From Armatimonadota bacterium (GTDB taxonomy: Bacteria > Sysuimicrobiota > Sysuimicrobiia > Sysuimicrobiales > Humicultoraceae), in the NCBI GenBank assembly GCA_037443365.1, contig JBBIOM010000006.1, positions 22,709-86,708 of the forward strand: a stretch of DNA of 64,000 nucleotides, in the 5' to 3' direction. The notes under the pieces were generated by a model, which saw nothing but the letters and a program-made list of their open reading frames with translations, ran no database searches and was not told the origin of the DNA. Shown here piece after piece: positions 35,827-44,415 of this stretch; position 1 is the stretch's first letter; the number at the start of each line of letters is the position of its first letter. The position numbers and the translations under genes are program-made.

Positions 35827-38190
35827 TTGACCGATCGTGTCAGGAGACTACGCGAGCAGAGTCTCGGCGCGCCCCCGCATCTCTCGCCAGAGCGGGCGAT
35901 CCTGGTGACGGAGTGCGCGAAGAACGCGGGGTTGTTCTCGGCTGCCATGCGTCGCGCGTTGACGTTTGGGACCATCATGGAGCGCAAGGTCATCTGCATC
36001 GGAGAAGACGAGCTGGTCGTCGGCGAACGGGGGCCTGCTCCCAAGGCCACGTACACCTACCCCGAGCTCTGCTGCCACAGCGAGCAGGACCTGGAGGTCC
36101 TCCACTCGCGGGAGAAGATCTCGTTCGGGGTCGACGACGAGATGCGGCGAGTCTATCACAACACGGTCATCCCCTTCTGGCAGGGACGGACGATCCGCGA
36201 CCGGATCTTCCAGGAGATGACCGACGAATGGAAGGCCTGCTACAGGGCGGGCGTCTTCACCGAGTTCATGGAGCAGCGGGCCCCAGGACACACGGCCCTG
36301 GACGACAAGATCTACCGCAAGGGAATGCTGGACTTCAAGGCCGACATCGTTCGGAGCCTGCAGGCCCTGGACTTCCACGACGACCCCGAGGCCTTCGCGA
36401 AGAAGGAACAACTCGAGGCCATGGCCGTCTGCGCCGACGCGATCGTGACGCTTGCAGGCAGGCATGCCGAGACGGCCCTTGTGCTCGCGTCGCGTCAGAC
36501 AGATCCTGCCCGGAGGGCTGAGCTTGAGGAGATCGCGCGCATCTGCCGCAAAGTCCCCGCCCACGCCCCCGAGACTTTCTGGGAAGCGCTCCAGGCCTAC
36601 TGGTTCGTCCATCTCGGCGTCATAACAGAGCTCAACCCATGGGACGCGTTCAACCCCGGGCGCCTCGATCAACATCTCTGGCCGTTCTATCAGAAGGGCC
36701 TGGCCGACGGCTCGCTCACCCGCGAGAAGGCCAAGGAACTCCTGGAGTGCTTCTGGATCAAGTTCAACAACCAGCTGGCGCCCCCCAAGGTCGGGGTTAC
36801 GGCCGCCGAGAGCTCGACCTACACGGACTTCGCCAACATCAATGTCGGCGGCCTGCGGCCTGACGGGAGCGACGGGGTCAACGACGTCACGTATCTTGTC
36901 CTTGAAGTCATTGATGAGATGCGTCTGACCCAGCCGAGTTCAAACGTTCAGCTCAGCCGGAAGAGCCCCGACCAGCTGCTTGGGGCCGCCTGCCGGATCA
37001 TCCGCAAGGGATGGGGGCAGCCCTCGATCTTCAATGCGGACACGATCGTCGAGGAGCTCCTCCGCCAGGGCAAGACTGCCGAGGACGCCCGCTCAGGCGG
37101 GGCGAGCGGGTGCGTCGAGACCGGGGCGTTCGGCAAGGAGAGCTACATTCTGACCGGCTACTTCAACCTCCCCAAGGTGTTGGAGATCACCCTGCACAAC
37201 GGCGTGGATCCACGGACAGGGGCGCGGATCGGCCTCGCCACAGGCGATCCCGCGGCCTTCTCCTCGTTCGCCGAGGTGATGGACGCGTTTCGACGGCAGC
37301 TCGCTCACTTCGTGGACATCAAGATACGCGGGAACAACGTCATCGAGCGGCTGTACGCGGACTACATGCCGGTGCCTTTTCTCTCGATCCTGATCGACGA
37401 CTGCATAGCCAAGGGCAAGGACTACAACAACGGCGGGGCGCGCTACAACACCAACTACATTCAGGGCGTCGGGATCGGGACGACCACTGACAGCCTGGCG
37501 GCCATTCGCTACCACGTCTTCGATAAGCAGGCCCTGACGCTGGCGGGCCTTCGTGGTGCCCTTGACGCCGACTTCGCCGGGTGGGAACGCATCCGCCAGG
37601 CTCTCCTGAACAAGACCCCGCGATACGGAAACGACGACGACTACGCCGACGGGTTGATGCGGGAGGTGTTTGAGGCCTTCTACCGCGCCGTCGACGGCCG
37701 AAGGAACACCAAGGGCGGGCAGTACCACGTCAACTTCCTTTCGACCACGTGCCACATGTACTTCGGTTCCGTGACAGGGGCCACCCCTGATGGACGCGTG
37801 TCGGGGACGCCGCTCTCCGAGGGGATTTCTCCGGTCCAGGGGGCCGATCGGAAGGGCCCTACCGCCGTCCTCCGCTCCGCCGGCAAGATAGACCACGTAC
37901 GGACCGGCGGAGCCCTGCTCAACCAGAAGTTCTCGCCGCAGCTGCTTGAGGGCGATAAGGGCATAGAGAACCTCGCCTCCCTTGTGCGGTCCTACTTCGC
38001 ACTGGGCGGCCACCACATCCAGTTCAACGTGATCTCGGCCGATACGCTACGCGATGCACAGGCGCATCCCGAGCGGTACCGCGACCTGATCGTTCGGGTT
38101 GCCGGGTACAGCGACTACTTCTGCGACCTGAACAAGGCGCTGCAGGATGAGATCATCGCGCGCACCGAGCACAAGGCGCGCGTCCGGTAG
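35827..38190 (+). CDS. hypD: Glycyl radical enzyme, trans-4-hydroxy-L-proline dehydratase
   Basis: TYPELCCH, FTEFMEQRAPGHT, WDAF, ESSTYTDFANI, SGCVE, LTGY, STTCH, RVAGYS (Gly radical); matches recalled HypD active-site segments. Confidence 0.88.
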   Translation: MTDRVRRLREQSLGAPPHLSPERAILVTECAKNAGLFSAAMRRALTFGTIMERKVICIGEDELVVGERGPAPKATYTYPELCCHSEQDLEVLHSREKISFGVDDEMRRVYHNTVIPFWQGRTIRDRIFQEMTDEWKACYRAGVFTEFMEQRAPGHTALDDKIYRKGMLDFKADIVRSLQALDFHDDPEAFAKKEQLEAMAVCADAIVTLAGRHAETALVLASRQTDPARRAELEEIARICRKVPAHAPETFWEALQAYWFVHLGVITELNPWDAFNPGRLDQHLWPFYQKGLADGSLTREKAKELLECFWIKFNNQLAPPKVGVTAAESSTYTDFANINVGGLRPDGSDGVNDVTYLVLEVIDEMRLTQPSSNVQLSRKSPDQLLGAACRIIRKGWGQPSIFNADTIVEELLRQGKTAEDARSGGASGCVETGAFGKESYILTGYFNLPKVLEITLHNGVDPRTGARIGLATGDPAAFSSFAEVMDAFRRQLAHFVDIKIRGNNVIERLYADYMPVPFLSILIDDCIAKGKDYNNGGARYNTNYIQGVGIGTTTDSLAAIRYHVFDKQALTLAGLRGALDADFAGWERIRQALLNKTPRYGNDDDYADGLMREVFEAFYRAVDGRRNTKGGQYHVNFLSTTCHMYFGSVTGATPDGRVSGTPLSEGISPVQGADRKGPTAVLRSAGKIDHVRTGGALLNQKFSPQLLEGDKGIENLASLVRSYFALGGHHIQFNVISADTLRDAQAHPERYRDLIVRVAGYSDYFCDLNKALQDEIIARTEHKARVR

Positions 38191-38235
38191 GTTCAGGCAG
38201 GAGTGAGGCACACTAGGAGGGAGGGATCAGATCGC

Positions 38236-39795
38236 ATGCGCAGATTCCTGGTTGTGTTTTCCGCGATCGCATTGACCGGGGCGCTTGGCATGTCCGTCGC
38301 GGCTGCTCCGGCCGTGACCCCCACACGCGGCGGGACGCTTATCATCGCGTCCGGCGTGGACGCGGTGGCTCTCGACTCGACCATCGCGCCCGCCGCGCCG
38401 TGCTTCGCCATACTAGAGCACATAGTCGAGGGGCTCTTCGAGCTTACGCCCGCCGGCAGCATTCAACCCGGCCTGGTCGCCTCGTACACGGCTTCCCCAG
38501 ACGGGCTCACGTGGACGCTGCGGCTCCGGCCGGGCATACGGTTTCACGACGGGACCCCGTTTGACGCCGAGGCTGTCAAGTTCAACCTCGAGCGGATGCT
38601 CGATCCCGCGACGCGGGCGCCGTTCCGGTTCCTGATCGACCGCATAACGAGCGTCACGGTGGTAGATCCCATGACCGTCAGGCTGGTCACCAATGCGCCG
38701 TTCGGACCGCTGCTGGCCCACCTGACCCACAGCGCGGTGGGGATGCAGAGCCCAACGGCCATACGCAGGCTGGGCGCCGACTACGCGCGACAGCCGGTGG
38801 GGACCGGTCCGTTCAGGTTCAAGGAATGGATCCGCGGCGACCGGGTGGTGGTCACGCGCAACGACGACTACTGGGGTGAGAAGGCATTTGTTGACGAGAT
38901 ACAGTTCCGCGTGGTCCCGGACGACGGAGCAAGGGTTGGGGCGCTCGAGGCCGGCACCGTTCACGTTGCCGTCCGTGTCCCCCCGCGCGAGATCGATCGC
39001 CTCAAGGGCCACCGCGATCTCAGTGTGCTGGTGTCAGAGAGCCTCCGCACGATATTCGTCGGGTTCAACGTCACCCGCCCGCCATTCAATGACCGGCGTC
39101 TCCGCCAGGCTCTGAACTACGCGGTCAACAAGCGCGCGATCGTCAGCAGCGTCTTGAACGGCACCGCCAGGGTTTCCGATGCGCCCATCCCTCCGAACGT
39201 CCAGGGGTACTCCAAGACCATGTCCTACGATTGGGACCTGGAGCGGGCCGAGGCGCTGCTGCGCGAGGCCGGGTATAGCCGGGCCCGGCCCTTGCGGGCC
39301 ATCTTTCATCATCCGTCCGGACGCTATGTCCGCGATGCGGAGATCGCCGCCAGCATTCAGGGTCTCGTGCGCCGGGTGGGGGTCGAACTCGAGATGAGGA
39401 CGATGGAGTGGGGCGCATATCTTGCCTTTACGGCCCGACCGCAGCCCGAGAACGAGGCCCAGATGTACATGATCGGCTGGGGCACGGTGACGGGCGACGC
39501 AGACTACGGGCTCTACGCCCTGTTCCACTCGTCGCAGTGGGCGCCCGCCTCCAACAATCGGGGCTTCTACAAGAACGAACGCGTGGATGCCCTGCTTGAT
39601 CTCGGCCGGAGGACCCCTGACCAGGGCGAGCGCAACAAGATCTACGCCGAGGCCATGAAGATCATCATGGACGATGCGCCCTGGCTCTTCCTGCACAGCG
39701 AGTCGCAGGTCACCGGCATCCGGCACGTCGCGCAGGGCCTGGTAGTGCACCCTGCCGAGCGCGTTATGGCGCACAAGGCCTGGCTGCGCCGCTAG
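38236..39795 (+). CDS. ABC transporter substrate-binding protein, family 5 (dipeptide/glutathione type)
   Basis: Signal peptide; LRPGIRFHDGTPFDAEAVKFN, PVGTGPF. Confidence 0.9.
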   Translation: MRRFLVVFSAIALTGALGMSVAAAPAVTPTRGGTLIIASGVDAVALDSTIAPAAPCFAILEHIVEGLFELTPAGSIQPGLVASYTASPDGLTWTLRLRPGIRFHDGTPFDAEAVKFNLERMLDPATRAPFRFLIDRITSVTVVDPMTVRLVTNAPFGPLLAHLTHSAVGMQSPTAIRRLGADYARQPVGTGPFRFKEWIRGDRVVVTRNDDYWGEKAFVDEIQFRVVPDDGARVGALEAGTVHVAVRVPPREIDRLKGHRDLSVLVSESLRTIFVGFNVTRPPFNDRRLRQALNYAVNKRAIVSSVLNGTARVSDAPIPPNVQGYSKTMSYDWDLERAEALLREAGYSRARPLRAIFHHPSGRYVRDAEIAASIQGLVRRVGVELEMRTMEWGAYLAFTARPQPENEAQMYMIGWGTVTGDADYGLYALFHSSQWAPASNNRGFYKNERVDALLDLGRRTPDQGERNKIYAEAMKIIMDDAPWLFLHSESQVTGIRHVAQGLVVHPAERVMAHKAWLRR

Positions 39796-39802
39796 GAGGC
39801 CG

Positions 39803-40909
39803 CTAGCAGGCCACGAACAGCGGTTCACCGAGGGCCCGGGTTTCGACTTCGACGCCGAGGCCCGGGCCCAAAGCAGGTCCGCCCCAGCCGTTCTGCGATC
39901 GCGGCTGGTATCCGGCGACGTGCTCCTGCGTCCAGTCGTTCATGAACGAGGCGGCAAAGAGCGCCTCCGGGCGCACGCTTGCCGCGAGGTGGCTGACCGC
40001 CGCCGTGACCAGGTCACCGCCCCAGGTATCCTCGATTGTCATCGACACCCCAAGCGCCTCGCAGAGATCGCGGATCAACCTGGCTTTGCCAAGCCCCCCA
40101 ACCCTGCTGATCTTGAGGTTAATCCCTCCGGCGCCGCCCTGCTGCACGGCGGCCAGCAGCGACGGCACATCCGTGACGATCTCGTCGTAGATCATCGGCA
40201 GCGTGGTCGCCGCGCGGACGGCGGCGCACTCCTCCAGCGTGGGACAGGGTTGCTCCAGGTACACGCGCGGCAGCGGCTCGAGCAGGCGTGCGGCGACTAC
40301 TGCATCCTGAATGCGCCAACCCCCGTTGGCGTCGGCGATGATGACGTCACTTTCATCGGAGACCTCGACGGCGCGCCGCACACGTTCGGCGTCCTCCAGG
40401 GGGTTGCCGCCGACCTTCAGCTGGAAGCGGTGTATGCCCTCCCCCCGGCGCTTCATGATGCAGGCGGCCATCTCCTCGGGACTTCCCAGCGGGATCGCCA
40501 CGTAGAGCGGGTACTGGCCCTGCCGCACCCCTCCCAGCAGTGTGGCCACCGGTTGCCCGCTGATCTTGCCCAGGATGTCCCAGCAGGCCACATCCACCGG
40601 GCTCTTGGCATAGGCGTGCCCGCGCAGCGCGCCGTCCATCCGCTCGTTGATCAGGGCCAGATTCCTGGGATCGACGCCGACGAGCGCCGGCGCCAATTCG
40701 CGCAGCGCAGCCCGGGCCCCTTCTGCAAAGCCTTCCAGGTAGGTCTGGCCCAGCGGACAGACCTCGCCCCAGCCGGTCGTGCCCTGGTCGGTCGTCACCT
40801 TCACCACGGTCGAGGGCAGAGCCCGCACGACGCGCCCTCCGGACATCACGTAGTCGCCGTGGACGTAGTTCAGGTCGTAGCCGTAGACTTCGACACGCGT
40901 GATCCGCAA
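39803..40909 (-). CDS. Enolase superfamily (MLE-like) enzyme, cis-3-hydroxy-L-proline dehydratase / Hyp-betaine epimerase-like
   Basis: GWGEVCPLG, FQLKVG, DAN, EQP, DE, K, EDTWGGD; adjacent to a proline-racemase-family gene. Confidence 0.75.
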   Translation of the reverse strand: MRITRVEVYGYDLNYVHGDYVMSGGRVVRALPSTVVKVTTDQGTTGWGEVCPLGQTYLEGFAEGARAALRELAPALVGVDPRNLALINERMDGALRGHAYAKSPVDVACWDILGKISGQPVATLLGGVRQGQYPLYVAIPLGSPEEMAACIMKRRGEGIHRFQLKVGGNPLEDAERVRRAVEVSDESDVIIADANGGWRIQDAVVAARLLEPLPRVYLEQPCPTLEECAAVRAATTLPMIYDEIVTDVPSLLAAVQQGGAGGINLKISRVGGLGKARLIRDLCEALGVSMTIEDTWGGDLVTAAVSHLAASVRPEALFAASFMNDWTQEHVAGYQPRSQNGWGGPALGPGLGVEVETRALGEPLFVAC

Positions 40910-40933
40910 CGATCCCACCTCCTGCCGCCGTGC

Positions 40934-41986
40934 TCACCAGATATCGCCGACCTTGAAGCCCTCCGGGAACGGATCCTCCGGATCGAGAACGTACGTGGCG
41001 AATCCTGTTATCCAGGCCTGTCCGCTGATTGTCGGTGTGACCGCCGGGTATTCACCGACCCTGGTCTCGCCGACCAGCCGGCCGGTGAAGACCGTGCCCA
41101 GGATGCCTTCGTGCCGGAAGTCCTCGTGCAGAGCCAACTGTCCCTTGGCGTGGAGTGTCGCCATCTTGGCGCACGTACCCGTGCCGCAGGGCGAGCGGTC
41201 GATCACCCCTGTCCAGGTGGAGGGATTGCTCCAGTCGAGCGTGCCGGTTGACATCGCCACGACGTTCTTGCGGTGCGCGTCCGGATGCGACGCCGGTCCC
41301 GACAATTGGGCAATCGTGACCCCCTCGAACCCGGGCTGCTCCGGATGCCGCACCGGAAGCTGCTCGCGCGCCGCCGCCTTGACCATCTCGCCGATGCGCA
41401 CGATGTCACGCCCCTCGTCGGGGGTCAGGCGCAGACCGAACTGCGAGGCGTCGGCGATGACGTAGAACATGCCGCCGTAGGCCACGTCGACCGCAACCGC
41501 GCCGATCTCGGGCACCTCTATGACCCGGTCAAGGTGCACGGCAAACGCAGGCACGTTCTGGAAGGTCACGCGGCGGACCTTGCCGCCGGCGCAGTCGGCG
41601 CGCACCCGGATGAGGCCGGCCGGGGCCTCCAGGGTGATCTCTGTCGCCGGTTCACGCATCGGCAGCACCCCGGTCTCAAGAAGCGCGGTCGTGACGCACA
41701 TCGTGTTCGTCCCCGACATGCCCGGGTACTCGGTCTGTTCCATGATGACGAATCCGGCATCGGCCGCGGGGTCGGCGGGCGGCAGCACGATGTTGCAGTT
41801 CGCCGCCGGATAGCCGCGGGGCTCCCTGAGCATGCGCAGCCGCAGGCCGTCGGCGTGTGTCTGGAGGTGCTTCATCTTCTCGAACATCGTGCGGCCGGGC
41901 ACGTCGAGGATTCCGCCCACGATCACGCGGCCGGGCTCACCGCCTGCATGGAGATCGATCGCATGGAGCATCTGGGAGATGCGCAT
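40934..41986 (-). CDS. Proline racemase family protein (Ser/Cys active-site pair)
   Basis: HAGGEP, LREPRG, MSGTN, DVAYGG, DRSPCGTGT; RBS AGGAGG before ATG 41986. Confidence 0.9.
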   Translation of the reverse strand: MRISQMLHAIDLHAGGEPGRVIVGGILDVPGRTMFEKMKHLQTHADGLRLRMLREPRGYPAANCNIVLPPADPAADAGFVIMEQTEYPGMSGTNTMCVTTALLETGVLPMREPATEITLEAPAGLIRVRADCAGGKVRRVTFQNVPAFAVHLDRVIEVPEIGAVAVDVAYGGMFYVIADASQFGLRLTPDEGRDIVRIGEMVKAAAREQLPVRHPEQPGFEGVTIAQLSGPASHPDAHRKNVVAMSTGTLDWSNPSTWTGVIDRSPCGTGTCAKMATLHAKGQLALHEDFRHEGILGTVFTGRLVGETRVGEYPAVTPTISGQAWITGFATYVLDPEDPFPEGFKVGDIW

Positions 41987-42165
41987 CGGCCCCTCCTGCG
42001 GGACATCCATCTCGGTCCCCGACTGGTCTGGAGTATACATCCCTATGACCCGGATCGGCAGCACCGGCCCCTGCTGGCACCAGGGGTTTCCCAGAAGGAA
42101 CTCGGTCTTGCGCCGACAAACCTTGCCGCGGTGCAATGAGATCGTGAGGTTCGAAAGGAGGTCAT

Positions 42166-43119
42166 ATGTTCGACTTGGTAACCCTGGGCGAAGCGATGAT
42201 CCGGCTCGCCGCCCCACACGGCGAGAGCCTGGAGTCTGCCACCAACCTTGAGATGCGCTCCGCGGGCGCCGAGGCCAACGTCGCCGTGGTGCTTGCCAGG
42301 ATGGGGTATCGGACTTCGTGGATCTCCAGGCTCCCGGACGATCCCCTGGGCCGCAGGATCGCCGGCGACCTGCGCCGCCACGGTGTGGACACGTCGGCGG
42401 TGGCCTGGGCGGCGGGCGGCAGGACCGGCCTCTACTTCCTCGAGCAGGCCCCTCCGCCTCGCGGCGTTACGGTCTACTACGACCGGGGCGGGTCGGCCTT
42501 CAGCGCGCTCGATCCTGACAGGATCGACTGGGCGCCTGTCAGGCAGTCCCGGTGGGCCCACACCACCGGGATAACGCCAGCCCTTGGTGAGGCCTGCGCG
42601 CGCGCCGCTGTCAGGTTCCTCGCCGAGGCCAGGGCGGCCGGTGTGCCAACTTCCCTCGACGTGAACCACCGCAGGAAGCTCTGGGATGCGAAGCGGGCGC
42701 GCGCCACGCTGGAGCCGCTGCTTGAAGGTATCAACGTCGTCATCGCCGCGCAGGAGGATGCACGAGAGGTCTTCGATCTGCAGGGCTCCCCTCCAGACCT
42801 GGCCGAGCGACTGCGGGAGCGCGTACGTGCCGGCGCGGCGGTTGTCACCGCCGGGAGTGAAGGCGCCTACCTGGCCGACGACGATGCGGTGTACGGCGAG
42901 CCAGCCATTCCAGGGGTCGAGGTCGATCCCATCGGCCGTGGGGACGCGTTTGCCGCAGGGCTGATATGGGGCGCGCTCGAGGGAGATCTTTGCGCAGGCC
43001 TCAGGTACGGCGTGGCCCTCGCGTCGCTGTCACAGACCTTCTGGGGAGACGTTCCCTGGGTCACCAGGCAGGAGGTTCTGGGACTGCTCACCAGCCGATC
43101 CGCCAAACCGGAACGATAG
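42166..43119 (+). CDS. PfkB family sugar kinase (2-keto-3-deoxygluconate kinase-like)
   Basis: GEAMIRL, GAEANVA, YDRGGSA, DVNHR, DPIGRGDAF. Confidence 0.85.
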   Translation: MFDLVTLGEAMIRLAAPHGESLESATNLEMRSAGAEANVAVVLARMGYRTSWISRLPDDPLGRRIAGDLRRHGVDTSAVAWAAGGRTGLYFLEQAPPPRGVTVYYDRGGSAFSALDPDRIDWAPVRQSRWAHTTGITPALGEACARAAVRFLAEARAAGVPTSLDVNHRRKLWDAKRARATLEPLLEGINVVIAAQEDAREVFDLQGSPPDLAERLRERVRAGAAVVTAGSEGAYLADDDAVYGEPAIPGVEVDPIGRGDAFAAGLIWGALEGDLCAGLRYGVALASLSQTFWGDVPWVTRQEVLGLLTSRSAKPER

Positions 43120-43148
43120 GATTCCGCTCCCATCTGGGGCTGCGGCAG

Positions 43149-43181
43149 GCTGGGAGGTCGAGCAGGAGTCGGCCTCCCAGC
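43149..43181 (+). terminator. GC-rich stem-loop after the kinase gene (possible terminator)
   Basis: GCTGGGAGGTCGA-N7-TCGGCCTCCCAGC, 13-bp stem with one G-U pair; no clean U tract. Confidence 0.4.
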
Positions 43182-43202
43182 ACCGAAGGTCTCTTGTGTC
43201 TG

Positions 43203-43221
43203 TTGGTCTGATTGTCTGACC
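43203..43221. promoter_or_regulatory. Candidate FadR-family operator upstream of the TAXI-TRAP cluster
   Basis: TTGGTCTGATTGTCTGACC, tandem GTCTGA units resembling FadR-family sites. Confidence 0.5.
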
Positions 43222-43293
43222 GCCCGCAAGGTAGGGTGTGGTTTACGCGATGCACCGGATCGAGAACCAAGATCCAACGGGGAGGGCAACCCA

Positions 43294-44307
43294 ATGACGA
43301 CCAGGCTACGCAGGAATGGGATAGTGTTCGTCGTCATCGCCCTGGTAGTGGTGGTGTTGAGCGCGTTCGGTGTGACTCCGGGCCAGGCAGGACCCGGCCT
43401 TGAGAGAGTCACCATGCTCGGCGGACCGCCGGGCGGGGTCTTCGGCATCTTCGCGACCGGCCTTGGCACTTATCTGACGCGCGCGGTGCCTGGGGTGGAT
43501 GTCTCGGTTGCAGCCACGGGCGGCTCGGTGGAGAACGTACGCCGTGTGAATGCCGGCGAGGCCGAGATGGGCATTGCTTTCGCCTCGGATCTCCACGAAG
43601 GATACACCGGCGTGGACGCGTTCCGCGGCAGCCCCCAGACGAACATCAGGGCGATCGGGATGATCTTCACGGGCGTGGCACACGTCGTCACCTTCCGCGA
43701 CAGCGGGATCCGCACGGCGGAGGATCTGGCCGGCAAGCGGGTCGCCGTGGGCACGCCAGGCTCAGGCACGTTCGCCAGCGCCGAGCGCGTGTTCAGGAAG
43801 CTGGGCGTCTGGGAACGCATGACCCGGGTGCCGCTGCTGGGCGCCGCGGCCGGCGCCGCTATGGCCGAGGGCAGGGCGGACGCCTACTTCTGGACCGGCC
43901 CCTATCCCGACCGCGTGACCATAGAGGCCGCGATGGTGAAGCCAGTGCACTTCATAGACATCTATGGGCCGCTGACGCGCACCGACTTCTTCGCGGTCTA
44001 CCCGTACTTCTCACGCTACCTGATACCGGGCGGCGCCTACGCTGGGGTCGCCGAGAACGTCTTCGCGCTGGGAATCCCCGCGATGTGGTTCTCCAACGCC
44101 AAGACCGCACCGGCGTTAATCCAGCGGCTGGTTGAAGCAGGCTACAGCCGCGACGGTCACGGCCACATGCTCAGGGTCCACAGCGCCTCCTCGGACATGA
44201 CACCCAGGAGGGCGCTGCAGGGAGTGACGATACCGCTGCACAAGGGCGCGGAGGCACACTGGCTCTCCGTGGGTCTTGAGATCCCTGAGCGGATCCGGGC
44301 GCGGTAG
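43294..44307 (+). CDS. TAXI-family TRAP transporter solute receptor
   Basis: Signal peptide; GGPPGG.F, TGGSVEN, VGTPGSGT, IPLHKGA. Confidence 0.9.
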   Translation: MTTRLRRNGIVFVVIALVVVVLSAFGVTPGQAGPGLERVTMLGGPPGGVFGIFATGLGTYLTRAVPGVDVSVAATGGSVENVRRVNAGEAEMGIAFASDLHEGYTGVDAFRGSPQTNIRAIGMIFTGVAHVVTFRDSGIRTAEDLAGKRVAVGTPGSGTFASAERVFRKLGVWERMTRVPLLGAAAGAAMAEGRADAYFWTGPYPDRVTIEAAMVKPVHFIDIYGPLTRTDFFAVYPYFSRYLIPGGAYAGVAENVFALGIPAMWFSNAKTAPALIQRLVEAGYSRDGHGHMLRVHSASSDMTPRRALQGVTIPLHKGAEAHWLSVGLEIPERIRAR

Positions 44308-44415
44308 GGCACGCGGCGTGAGTATCATCCCCCGGCCAAGCGGGGCGCGCTGCGCGAGCACGCCTGGTGGGGCCGCAAGGCAGGCATCGGTCGCACGCCA
44401 GGACAGGGGTCGCGC

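Noticed and set aside
35827-38190. Pyruvate formate-lyase or choline TMA-lyase assignment
   Set aside because: Single-Cys SGCVE loop and HypD-type segments; no adjacent Cys-Cys pair in the active-site loop and no microcompartment genes.
43173-43184. CCTCCCAGCACC as a third att copy
   Set aside because: Only 11/12 match and it is explained as one arm of a local hairpin.
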